A DNA stretch of 63,029 nucleotides. Origin: Candidatus Omnitrophota bacterium. GTDB taxonomy: Bacteria; Omnitrophota; Gorgyraeia; Zapsychrales; Zapsychraceae. Below the pieces are notes generated by a model that did no database searches, was not told the origin of the DNA, and was given only the letters and a program-made list of their open reading frames with translations. Made by a program: the position numbers and the translations under genes. The DNA is taken from assembly GCA_018812705.1 (NCBI GenBank), contig JAHJCZ010000155.1, positions 1 through 63,029 on the forward strand. Reading direction: 5' to 3'. How positions within the stretch are numbered: the first letter of the stretch is position 1; every line of letters begins with the position of its first letter. Below are positions 43,268 through 51,474 of this stretch, piece after piece.

Positions 43268-44226
43268 AAAGAATCTCTTATCTCTCTGACTAATTCATCC
43301 AAACCAACATTATTCAATGCAGAAATAACAAATATTTTATCTTTAAATTTCTTTTTAAATCTATCGAGGTTCTCTTGTGCTCCAGGCAGATCGATCTTAT
43401 TTGCGACTAATATCCTTTTTTTAAAGCTCAAAAGGTCACTAAATTCTCTAAGCTCGTGGTTTAATTTCTCATAATCCTCGAGCGGGTCTCTTTGATCCTC
43501 AGCTGCCATATCGATGGCATGCACAAGAATCCTCGTCCTTTCAGCATGCCTTAAAAACCTGTCGCCAATACCTTTACCTTGATGAGCACCTTCAATTATT
43601 CCAGGCAGATCAGCAATAATAAAGCTTGACCCGTCCTCATCGTTCTCAACAATTCCTAAGATAGGCTGCTTTGTTGTAAAAGGATAACTTGCAATTTTAG
43701 ATCTTACTTTCGAAATATTTGATATTATGGTAGATTTTCCAGCATTGGGAAAGCCAACTATGCCAACATCAGCGATTAATTTCAATTCAAGACTTATCGT
43801 TTTCTCTTCACCTTTGCACGGAGGTTTAGATGGTTTCTTTTGGCCATTACCAATTCCACCTTCACCACCTTTAGCAACAATGATTAATTGCCCATCTTCA
43901 ACTAAATCCCTGATCAATAATCCTGTTTCTGCATCTTTAATAATGGTGCCCATTGGCACTCTTAAAATACAGTTTTCTCCTATTTTGCCCTTCTTACTGT
44001 TACTGCTGGCATTACCACCTTTTTTAGCTTTATGATGTTGTCTGAATTTGAAATCTAATAATGTTTGAACACTGCGAGAAGCGACAAAAACAACATTACC
44101 ACCTTTTCCCCCATCACCGCCATCTGGTATAGGATGACGCATATACTTATCTCTGTAGAAGCTTTCACATCCCTTGCCACCATCTCCAGCTTTTAAAAAG
44201 ATTCTTGCTTCATCAATAAATATCAT
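43231..44226 (-). CDS. obgE: GTPase ObgE (no long C-terminal domain)
   Basis: DGGDGG.GG, GFPNAGKST, YPFTT, ADLPG, NKID. Confidence 0.97.
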   Translation of the reverse strand: MIFIDEARIFLKAGDGGKGCESFYRDKYMRHPIPDGGDGGKGGNVVFVASRSVQTLLDFKFRQHHKAKKGGNASSNSKKGKIGENCILRVPMGTIIKDAETGLLIRDLVEDGQLIIVAKGGEGGIGNGQKKPSKPPCKGEEKTISLELKLIADVGIVGFPNAGKSTIISNISKVRSKIASYPFTTKQPILGIVENDEDGSSFIIADLPGIIEGAHQGKGIGDRFLRHAERTRILVHAIDMAAEDQRDPLEDYEKLNHELREFSDLLSFKKRILVANKIDLPGAQENLDRFKKKFKDKIFVISALNNVGLDELVREIRDSLCLENSQEKSEE

Positions 44227-44231
44227 GATCT

Positions 44232-44546
44232 TTATTTAGCAGTGATTTTGGTAATGTTTAAAGCTGTAAGTTGTTGACGATGACCAACTTTTGTAGCTGA
44301 ATCTTTTTTAACTCTGTATTTAAAAGAAACGACTTTATCTCCCTGAGTGTGCTTTACAACCTTTGCTTCCACCTTAACATCATCAAGATACGGCTGACCA
44401 ATACGAATATCAGCACCGTTTGCAAAAGCTAAAACCTTATCAAAAACTAAAGTTTCGCCTTCCTTTTCTTTTATTCGGTTAGCATCAATAAAATCCCCTT
44501 CAGCAACTTTAAATTGTGTAGACCCTAATTGAACAACTGCGTACAT
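44232..44546 (-). CDS. rplU: 50S ribosomal protein L21
   Basis: MYAVV, IGQPY, GHRQ. Confidence 0.97.
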   Translation of the reverse strand: MYAVVQLGSTQFKVAEGDFIDANRIKEKEGETLVFDKVLAFANGADIRIGQPYLDDVKVEAKVVKHTQGDKVVSFKYRVKKDSATKVGHRQQLTALNITKITAK

Positions 44547-44803
44547 TTATTCCTCCTTAATATTAATATCTGAACATCTCTTACTAACAAAGTAATTTTT
44601 TGTTCATTGTTATAAATTATGCTTGCTTTATAATTTATATAGCTAGCAACTAATTTATTCCCACCTAGAACAAAACTAAACTTTATACTAGGTCAGCCCA
44701 ACAACAAAGTATCCTTATAATACTTATTTTGAATCAACAATTGTATCTATGATTTAAACAAATGCAACAATAAAATTTTTCAGTAAGAAAATATGCAAAA
44801 ACA

Positions 44804-46117
44804 CTAAACAGCTTTGATCCTACCTCTTCCGTTACAATAGGGACACTTTTTAAAGGAAAGTGACTCAATATTCTTTCCTGTTCTTGCCCTTGTCATTTCA
44901 ACTAACCCTAAAGAAGAGATCTTATTTACTTCCGTTTTAGCATGATCACGCGCTAGAGACCTTTTAAGAACTTCAAGCACTTTTCTTTTATGATCCTCTC
45001 TAACCATATCTATAAAATCAATGACAATGATACCACCTAAGTCCCTTAAACGCAACTGCCTGGCAATTTCACCAGCAACTTCCATGTTTACCATAAAAGC
45101 TGCTTCACCTGGAGAAGCCTTGGTCTTGAACTTGCCACTGTTAACATCTACAACGATCAACCCCTCCGTTGGTTCAATAACAATATAAGCTCCAGATTTA
45201 CAGTACACGTTAGTGTTATAGATCTTTTCTAATTCTTTATCAACATTCTTATGCTCGAAAAGTGATGTAGTTCCCTTGTAATAATGGATCTTTTCTACCA
45301 TATGTTTTCCAATAAGAGCTTCAACAAATTTACAAATCTTTTGATATTCTTCTTGAGAATCAATTATTAGCTTATCAACTTTTTCTGTCAAATAATCACG
45401 AACAATTTTCCAAGTAAGCTCTCCTTCTTCATATATCAAAGCAGGAGACTGTTCTTGCTCAGACTTTTTATATATTTTGGACCATATATTGGATAAAAAT
45501 TTCGCGTCTCTTACCAACTCCCGCTTACCCTGCTTTAAAGATGCCGTTCTTATAATAAATCCGCCTGTTTTTGCGAATGAAAAACTTTTTATTACCTCTC
45601 TTAATCGCTGACGCTCTTCAACGCTTTCAATCTTCTTTGATACTCCAGTTTGCTTATCAAAAGGCATATATACAACAAACCGTCCAGGAAGAGTAATATG
45701 CGTCGTAAGTCTTGCTCCTTTTTCTACAAATGGGTCCTTAACAACTTGAACTAAAACGTCTTGACCCTCTTTTAGCGTCACCTCATCTTTTACTTTTTTA
45801 GTCCTTTTATGCTTTTCCTTTTCGTTCTTACTCATATTGAATATTTTCTTGATCAGTTTTTGGGGACCCGAAACATCTTCTTCTATCAATGGACTAACAG
45901 CATCTGTCAAATATAGGAACCCATTACGTTTTTGACCAATATTGATAAAAGCTGCATTTATTGATGGAAGGATTGACTCTACTCTTCCCTTATAAATGTT
46001 GCCCAAAAGTGATTGATAGCGGTCTACTTCAATATGAAAATCATCCACCCTGTTGTTTTCAATTATAACAACTTGGCGTTCACTTCTTTGTACTTGAATT
46101 AAAATCTCTCTAGACAA
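44804..46117 (-). CDS. rng: Rne/Rng family ribonuclease (RNase G-like; TTG start)
   Basis: S1 domain GNIYKGRV, AAFINIG, DVNSG, RLRDLGGIIVIDFIDM, Zn-link CPYC. Confidence 0.92.
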   Translation of the reverse strand: MSREILIQVQRSERQVVIIENNRVDDFHIEVDRYQSLLGNIYKGRVESILPSINAAFINIGQKRNGFLYLTDAVSPLIEEDVSGPQKLIKKIFNMSKNEKEKHKRTKKVKDEVTLKEGQDVLVQVVKDPFVEKGARLTTHITLPGRFVVYMPFDKQTGVSKKIESVEERQRLREVIKSFSFAKTGGFIIRTASLKQGKRELVRDAKFLSNIWSKIYKKSEQEQSPALIYEEGELTWKIVRDYLTEKVDKLIIDSQEEYQKICKFVEALIGKHMVEKIHYYKGTTSLFEHKNVDKELEKIYNTNVYCKSGAYIVIEPTEGLIVVDVNSGKFKTKASPGEAAFMVNMEVAGEIARQLRLRDLGGIIVIDFIDMVREDHKRKVLEVLKRSLARDHAKTEVNKISSLGLVEMTRARTGKNIESLSFKKCPYCNGRGRIKAV

Positions 46118-46309
46118 AACACCACCTAATTCTTTCTTTTATTAAAATTAAGAAATTTACTAATCAACAATCAGCACTATACTAGTCGATTTCCCAGAAA
46201 AACCAAGTATTTTTTACAGTGTAGGAAATTATACAAATTCCTATACGACAGTAAAAAATTAATAGTCGATACCCAATCTTTATTCAAAACACCTTATTCA
46301 TCAACCCAT

Positions 46310-47725
46310 TTACAAATCAGCAGATATCTCGGGGGTAATGATAGTTGGTGTAATAAAGATCAATAAGTCAGTTTTATCAATATCCTTAGAAGTCTTGGTA
46401 AATAATTTTCCAAATATCGGGATATCTCCTAAAAATGGCACTTTTTTCTTTACATCTACTACTTTATCCTTAACTAAGCCGCCAATAACCAAAGTTTCAC
46501 CATCCTTAACCATAACTTTAGTAGAAGCTTGCTCAATACTTAGTTTTGGAACTGCAGAACCACTTGCAGCATCTGTAACATCACCTAAATTATCAGTTAT
46601 ACTTGGTTCAACATCAAGCGTAATGATCCCTGCAGCTAAACTAACATGCGGAGTAACTTTCAAGACTATTCCTATTTTTTTATACTCCCAGCCTGATAGT
46701 TGCCAGCTTCCGGTTTCGTCATTAAAAAACTTTAATGGATATGGGTGCTCAGTTCCCACATCAATCCTTGCTTCATGATTATCCAATGTGACAATTCTAG
46801 GATTAGAAAGAATATTCGTATCTGTTCTTTCTGCTAACATTTTGAACACCGCTTGTAAATTCGCAAAACTAAGAGTTCCATTAGTAATTGCAGAAGCAGT
46901 TGATGTTACTCCACCAGTATCTACATCCGGGTTGATATATTTATTATTCATTACAGGGGGTGTGAACGGAAATGTATGTGTTATGGAAGAACCCGTAACA
47001 GAAGCTTGCGTAGTCCATTCAATCCCAAGATGCTCACTATCATCTAAAACTGTTTCAATAATCTTACTTTCAATTAGAACTTGTGGAGTAGTAGCATCCA
47101 GGCCTTTAATGATTTTTGCCATTATAACTTGTTTGGTTGCTGTGTCTGTAACGATCAGAGTATTAGTTCTTTCATCGAAGTTAACGTTCCCTCTTTCTGA
47201 TTTCATTTTTTCAAGAGATTCGACGATCTCTGATGCCTTTCCAAAATTAAGCATAAATATTTCGGTCTCTAAAGGCTCTTGCTCCGAAAGAAGAAGAGAA
47301 TCCTCTCTTCTTTTTTTCATATCTTCAATAGTGGTAACAACGATTATATTTCCCTTTTGCTCATATGCATATCCATATGTTTGCAATATTACTTCCAGAG
47401 CTTGTTCCCAAGGAACATCCTTAAGTTGTATCGTAACTACCCCGACTACTTCAGGACTTGTAACAATATTTATACCACTTTTAAAAGCAAGTATTTTCAG
47501 GACATTCCTAATATCCGCTTCTCGGAAATCCAAGCTTACTTCCCCTCCATCAGACATCATAACATCATCTGCTGATTGAGAAGCATCCTCAACTTCAGAA
47601 CCAGCAGCATTTTGAGCATTAAGTCTTCCAACGTCTTTTTGGGCGAAAACACAATCAACTTTAACAAAAGAGAGCATCATAAATAACCCTAAGATTAAAA
47701 TTATCAATAGATTTTTCCTGGACAT
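46310..47725 (-). CDS. pilQ: Type IV pilus secretin (short, no AMIN domains)
   Basis: SLDFREADIR N0 domain, DERTNTLIV, QVLIESKIIE, LSNPRIVTLDN, VPFLGDIPIFG.LF; follows pilMNOP. Confidence 0.92.
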   Translation of the reverse strand: MSRKNLLIILILGLFMMLSFVKVDCVFAQKDVGRLNAQNAAGSEVEDASQSADDVMMSDGGEVSLDFREADIRNVLKILAFKSGINIVTSPEVVGVVTIQLKDVPWEQALEVILQTYGYAYEQKGNIIVVTTIEDMKKRREDSLLLSEQEPLETEIFMLNFGKASEIVESLEKMKSERGNVNFDERTNTLIVTDTATKQVIMAKIIKGLDATTPQVLIESKIIETVLDDSEHLGIEWTTQASVTGSSITHTFPFTPPVMNNKYINPDVDTGGVTSTASAITNGTLSFANLQAVFKMLAERTDTNILSNPRIVTLDNHEARIDVGTEHPYPLKFFNDETGSWQLSGWEYKKIGIVLKVTPHVSLAAGIITLDVEPSITDNLGDVTDAASGSAVPKLSIEQASTKVMVKDGETLVIGGLVKDKVVDVKKKVPFLGDIPIFGKLFTKTSKDIDKTDLLIFITPTIITPEISADL

Positions 47726-47726
47726 A

Positions 47727-48086
47727 TTAATCCTCCTTTTTTAACTGCAACTCAAAAATCTTGTTTCCTTTAATTAGATATACCTTTTCTCTTTTAATCT
47801 CATGAACAACAAAGTCACCTACCTTATCCTTAAGCTTAACAATTTTACCATTGATTATAGCAAGACTACTATCTCCATCACCTAGCATCACGCCCTCGAG
47901 AGATAAGTCAGAAATTGAAAGACTATCATCATAATTCTCAATAATGCCCTCAGTGCTTACCAAAGGCAGCATTGGGTCCCTTTTGCCTTGATCATCATAT
48001 TTTAAAATATCCTCTTCGGCAAAAGTAGCATTTACCGTCATAACGATCAAACAACAAACAATAATTGTAAATTTCATAAACCTCAT
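47727..48086 (-). CDS. pilP: PilP-like pilus assembly protein
   Basis: YDDQGKRDP..PL motif, L.GV...A.ING..V..G..V HR-domain pattern, synteny. Confidence 0.7.
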   Translation of the reverse strand: MRFMKFTIIVCCLIVMTVNATFAEEDILKYDDQGKRDPMLPLVSTEGIIENYDDSLSISDLSLEGVMLGDGDSSLAIINGKIVKLKDKVGDFVVHEIKREKVYLIKGNKIFELQLKKED

Positions 48087-48095
48087 ATATTATTC

Positions 48096-48698
48096 CTACT
48101 TTTTTCCTTTTAACTCCTCATAAACAACAGCATCCAATGTTATCTCCACTAAATGTTTTTTCTCTCCTCTTGATGATATGATCCCGAAAGAGCTCACTTT
48201 AAAGAATATGTCACCACGTTCAAGTTCACTTAAAAACCTTCCAAAATCATGATAACCGCTCGTAGCCTTAATAAATATTGGCAAGCTGTAATAACGCCTC
48301 TCCTCATTCTCTAATAATATTTGCTGATCTTGCGCATCCGGCATGATCTGATCGATTTTAACTCCATTGTCATCAGCCATTCGAGAAATATTTTCCAGAA
48401 TAAGAGGAACTTCTTCTTTAAATTTCAGTTTTGCATTTGATTTTGCTACATCATCACTTATTTTTGCAACTTCTAATTCGTACTGTTTTGATCTTAGGAT
48501 ATCATCTTTAGCTTTCTTAATATCTTCCGATAGCGATCGAATTTCTGGGCCGATCTTAGATAAAGAAGCTATCTGCGGCCTCATAAGAACAAAATAATCT
48601 AAAAGAAAGACTGAAAATAAGATGCCACCCAAAATATAGTAGATAACTTTTTCATCTACGCTTTCTATATAGGACGATATTTTGTTCTGCAATGTCAT
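48096..48698 (-). CDS. pilO: Type IV pilus assembly protein PilO
   Basis: N-terminal TM, coiled coil, EVP.ILE.I, YHDFGRFL..LE. Confidence 0.88.
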   Translation of the reverse strand: MTLQNKISSYIESVDEKVIYYILGGILFSVFLLDYFVLMRPQIASLSKIGPEIRSLSEDIKKAKDDILRSKQYELEVAKISDDVAKSNAKLKFKEEVPLILENISRMADDNGVKIDQIMPDAQDQQILLENEERRYYSLPIFIKATSGYHDFGRFLSELERGDIFFKVSSFGIISSRGEKKHLVEITLDAVVYEELKGKK

Positions 48699-49285
48699 TT
48701 TTTTCCCAATCTAGATGTTATTAAAAAATCAGCAACATCCACTTTCTTGATCTTTCTCATTTGTATTGAGCCTAATTCCAGATCCGTTAGATCCGTCAAA
48801 AAATTTTCATCTTGCTTAAGATTTGCAGTAAATTTATGTACTCCGATCATTTCTTTATTTTGTCTGGAGATTGCACTACCCTCTACAAAGAACGCATCTT
48901 CATTAAACGCTATCTTCCTTAGCCAAACCCCTTTGGGAAGGTTATCGCTTAAAATATTCATTTTCTGTGACCAAATGACCTTTTCCTCTTCTGTAAGTTT
49001 CTTTATTGCGCTTTGCTTTTTCTGAAGCATCCTAAGTTCACTGATCACAACATCAACTTTCTCTTTTTCCGGAGCGATCTCCTCCCAAGATAGTTTTAAT
49101 TTATTATGGGTTGCTAACTTAGACACATTAATGACAAGTAAAATAACATGAACCAAAAATAGCAATATGATTAATCCTCCACCTAGTCCAATAACTACCT
49201 CAAGAGGCAGCTTAAATCCTCCGACAAAGAAAACCTTCTTCTTTTTTTTCCTTAAATGTAACGGAACTAAATTGATCTCAATCAT
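48695..49285 (-). CDS. pilN: Type IV pilus assembly protein PilN
   Basis: IEINLVP PilM-binding motif, TM helix, LP.GVWL; start moved to ATG 49285. Confidence 0.9.
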   Translation of the reverse strand: MIEINLVPLHLRKKKKKVFFVGGFKLPLEVVIGLGGGLIILLFLVHVILLVINVSKLATHNKLKLSWEEIAPEKEKVDVVISELRMLQKKQSAIKKLTEEEKVIWSQKMNILSDNLPKGVWLRKIAFNEDAFFVEGSAISRQNKEMIGVHKFTANLKQDENFLTDLTDLELGSIQMRKIKKVDVADFLITSRLGKK

Positions 49286-50333
49286 ATTCATATAAAGCCA
49301 ATCCAAAGGCAACTCCCAGCTGAAGAGCCTTTTTGTTCAATTCATCAACATTTATTTCTGGTGAGACGCTTAAAGCCTTAAGTGGATTCCAACTTGCAAC
49401 TTCCATTTCTAAATTGTCCCCCAAAACATCAATGATACCGTCTAGCAAAGAGCCTCCACCAGTTACGAGCAATTTATTCACCTCTTTACTTTTTTCTGTG
49501 GAAAAATAATCAATAGACAACCTTAATTCCTGAACAATATTCATAAGAGTCGACTCACAAGCAGCTCGTACTTCACTAACTCTTTTCTCTGGTTGACATT
49601 TTAGCTTTTCAGCTTCGTCTAAACTAATCCCCAAGGTATTGCTTATTCTCTTTGTAAAATCAGTTCCACCTACAAAAATATCTCGGGTAAATCTTGGAGA
49701 TTTGTTTGCAATTATCATGAATGTGCTTACAGACTCTCCAATATCCAACAATGCCACTATTTCATCTTTACCTTCATCTTCTTTTTCTAATGAAAAATTC
49801 AAAGCATTGACCAATGCAGCTGGGTTCAAACCAATAAATTCTGCCTGGTATCCTAAGCTTGAAATAAGCTGCGTTCTCTGGTCAATCATCTCTTTTTTTG
49901 CTGCAGATGCCATAACAGCCATTTGCTTGCTCTTCTTGTCACCATCTAAAATATAACAATCTGTATAAATTTGATCTTGAGAAAACGGAAAATATTTATC
50001 AGCTTCTATAGAAAAAGAGTTGCGCATATCATCCAAAGCCATTCTAGGCATATCAATATAACGGATCAAAGTACCTTTTCCAAAAACAGCAGTATATAGA
50101 GTATGTGGCGGTTTTTTTAATTTTGCAATTAATGTCTTTATCGCTTCTGCTGTCCCATTTTTTCGTGAGGATTCAGTTGCCCAGCTAACTAACTCATACT
50201 CGTTATTCTCTTTTTTTATTTCAACTAACTTACAACTATTTAAACCAATATCTATTCCAACAGCTGTGCCTTTAGGCTTGTCAGGAAGAAATTTCTTTAT
50301 TATACCAAAATAGTTGTTTAGCAATGAATTCAT
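49278..50333 (-). CDS. pilM: Type IV pilus assembly protein PilM
   Basis: Actin-like VGIDIG, LDIGE, GG.DFT..I, LVTGGGS, A.GLAL. Confidence 0.93.
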   Translation of the reverse strand: MNSLLNNYFGIIKKFLPDKPKGTAVGIDIGLNSCKLVEIKKENNEYELVSWATESSRKNGTAEAIKTLIAKLKKPPHTLYTAVFGKGTLIRYIDMPRMALDDMRNSFSIEADKYFPFSQDQIYTDCYILDGDKKSKQMAVMASAAKKEMIDQRTQLISSLGYQAEFIGLNPAALVNALNFSLEKEDEGKDEIVALLDIGESVSTFMIIANKSPRFTRDIFVGGTDFTKRISNTLGISLDEAEKLKCQPEKRVSEVRAACESTLMNIVQELRLSIDYFSTEKSKEVNKLLVTGGGSLLDGIIDVLGDNLEMEVASWNPLKALSVSPEINVDELNKKALQLGVAFGLALYEYD

Positions 50334-50389
50334 CTTAACCTCAAAGTTTAAATAGTAAATAATCTATATACATATTATTAATACAACTA

Positions 50390-50418
50390 ATTGTATTGTA
50401 AGGCAATCTCTCTATCAA
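50390..50418 (-). promoter_or_regulatory. Sigma70-type promoter of pilMNOPQ
   Basis: TTGATA-17nt-TACAAT, 56 nt upstream of the pilM ATG. Confidence 0.55.
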
Positions 50419-50494
50419 GCAGTAATTCATAAATTATCATAATCCTTTGTTTCATCAAAAACAAACATTAAAAAATCCTTACAAATTATTCACT

Positions 50495-50531
50495 AAAAAA
50501 AAGAGAGGGCTTAAATAGCCCCCTCTTTTTT
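50495..50531 (-). terminator. Intrinsic terminator after the pilin gene
   Basis: AAAAAAGAGGGGGC-TATTTAA-GCCCTCTC followed by T8. Confidence 0.88.
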
Positions 50532-50555
50532 CAACAAACTGATTCTCAAACCTTA

Positions 50556-50951
50556 TTATTGCTGACTTAAAACTCCACCTGTTGTAACTGTAAAATGCGT
50601 AGTTCCTGATGTTCCAAGACTCATAGCATTTGCATCAAAAGTATAATAACCTGCATTAAACGTACATGCATAAGTAAAACCTGATGATGCCTGTCCACAA
50701 TAAGCTGCGTTAAGATAAGGTGGTGTTGCGCCGGTCAATGAAGCTTCCGCTCCTGGATACACACCATTTGCAGATGTTTGGAATGTTTCTGCCGCTGTTG
50801 ACATCGTCTTAAGCGTGCTTTGTGCTAATGCATCATTTGCTGAAATCTTAGCTCTTAGCAAGTTTGGAATTGCAATTGCTGCTAACAAAGCGATAATTGC
50901 AACAACGATCATGATTTCTACTAGCGTAAAACCTTTTTGGCTCATTCTCAT
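50556..50951 (-). CDS. pilA: Major type IV pilin (class III signal peptide)
   Basis: MRMSQKG/FTLVEIMIVVAIIALLAAIAIPN with G-1, F+1, E+5; two C-terminal Cys; strong AGGAGG SD; own terminator. Confidence 0.9.
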   Translation of the reverse strand: MRMSQKGFTLVEIMIVVAIIALLAAIAIPNLLRAKISANDALAQSTLKTMSTAAETFQTSANGVYPGAEASLTGATPPYLNAAYCGQASSGFTYACTFNAGYYTFDANAMSLGTSGTTHFTVTTGGVLSQQ

Positions 50952-51110
50952 GATACCCTCCTTCTGAGTTTGTGAGCTTAAAGTTTACATTTGCCATCCT
51001 AAGCTAAGACAAGACAAGATATATATAAGGATAATTACATTTACAAAATATCTTAGCTCTGCTACGCAAACGACTAACTTTTCGCTCAGATTAAGTTAAA
51101 ATTATGTTTG

Positions 51111-51140
51111 ATTCTACCACCTCCTTTCTTTCTTTGTCAA
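51111..51140 (-). promoter_or_regulatory. Proximal pilin promoter P2
   Basis: TTGACA-18nt-TAGAAT with extended -10 TGG. Confidence 0.6.
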
Positions 51141-51260
51141 TTCATTTATAAACTCATCATCTGTCTGCTTTCGCACCAAAACAAAACAAGGTGGGACAAA
51201 AAAGAATATTACCCTCATAAAAAAAATAACTATGTTTTTTTCCAATGTAGCCATTTTCAT
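51114..51260 (-). CDS. Putative 48-aa hydrophobic small protein downstream of the riboswitch terminator
   Basis: GAGGA SD 9 nt before ATG; MKMATLEKNIVIFFMRVIFFFVPPCFVLVRKQTDDEFINELTKKERRW*. Confidence 0.35.
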   Translation of the reverse strand: MKMATLEKNIVIFFMRVIFFFVPPCFVLVRKQTDDEFINELTKKERRW

Positions 51261-51274
51261 CACAAACAATCCTC

Positions 51275-51307
51275 AAAAAAAATCCCACTCCATTATAAGG
51301 AGCGGGA
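51275..51307 (-). terminator. Riboswitch expression-platform terminator
   Basis: TCCCGCTCC-TTATAAT-GGAGTGGGA followed by T8. Confidence 0.88.
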
Positions 51308-51321
51308 CCATAAAATTTCCC

Positions 51322-51404
51322 TTGTGGCAACTGGCTGTCCTATTTTCTCTTAGGACCCTATAGCTTTGTGCCCCATCCTTACGAATGGTTTACCATTTAC
51401 ACAA
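51322..51404 (-). ncRNA. Cyclic di-GMP-I (GEMM-I) riboswitch aptamer
   Basis: UUGUG-UAAAU-GGUAAACC-AUUC-GUAA-GGAU-GGGGCACAAAGCUAUAGG-GUCCUA..UAGGAC-AGCCAGUUGC-CACAA: P1 UUGUG/CACAA, GNRA tetraloop, AAAG junction, P3 stem. Confidence 0.9.
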
Positions 51405-51425
51405 CAAAATCAAACTTGCAGTTGA

Positions 51426-51454
51426 AGTATAACACCCGAAAATATGATTGTCAA
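51426..51454 (-). promoter_or_regulatory. Distal promoter P1 driving the riboswitch leader
   Basis: TTGACA-17nt-TATACT with extended -10 TGT, ending about 20 nt before the aptamer. Confidence 0.85.
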
Positions 51455-51474
51455 AAAATAACAATTATAAAAGC

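Noticed and set aside
51108-51353. 81-aa plus-strand ORF over the pilin leader
   Set aside because: Antisense to the riboswitch and terminator; low-complexity composition
51322-51404. 3',3'-cGAMP specificity of the GEMM-I riboswitch
   Set aside because: Position 20 is G (51394), not the A of Geobacter-type cGAMP switches; still worth testing experimentally
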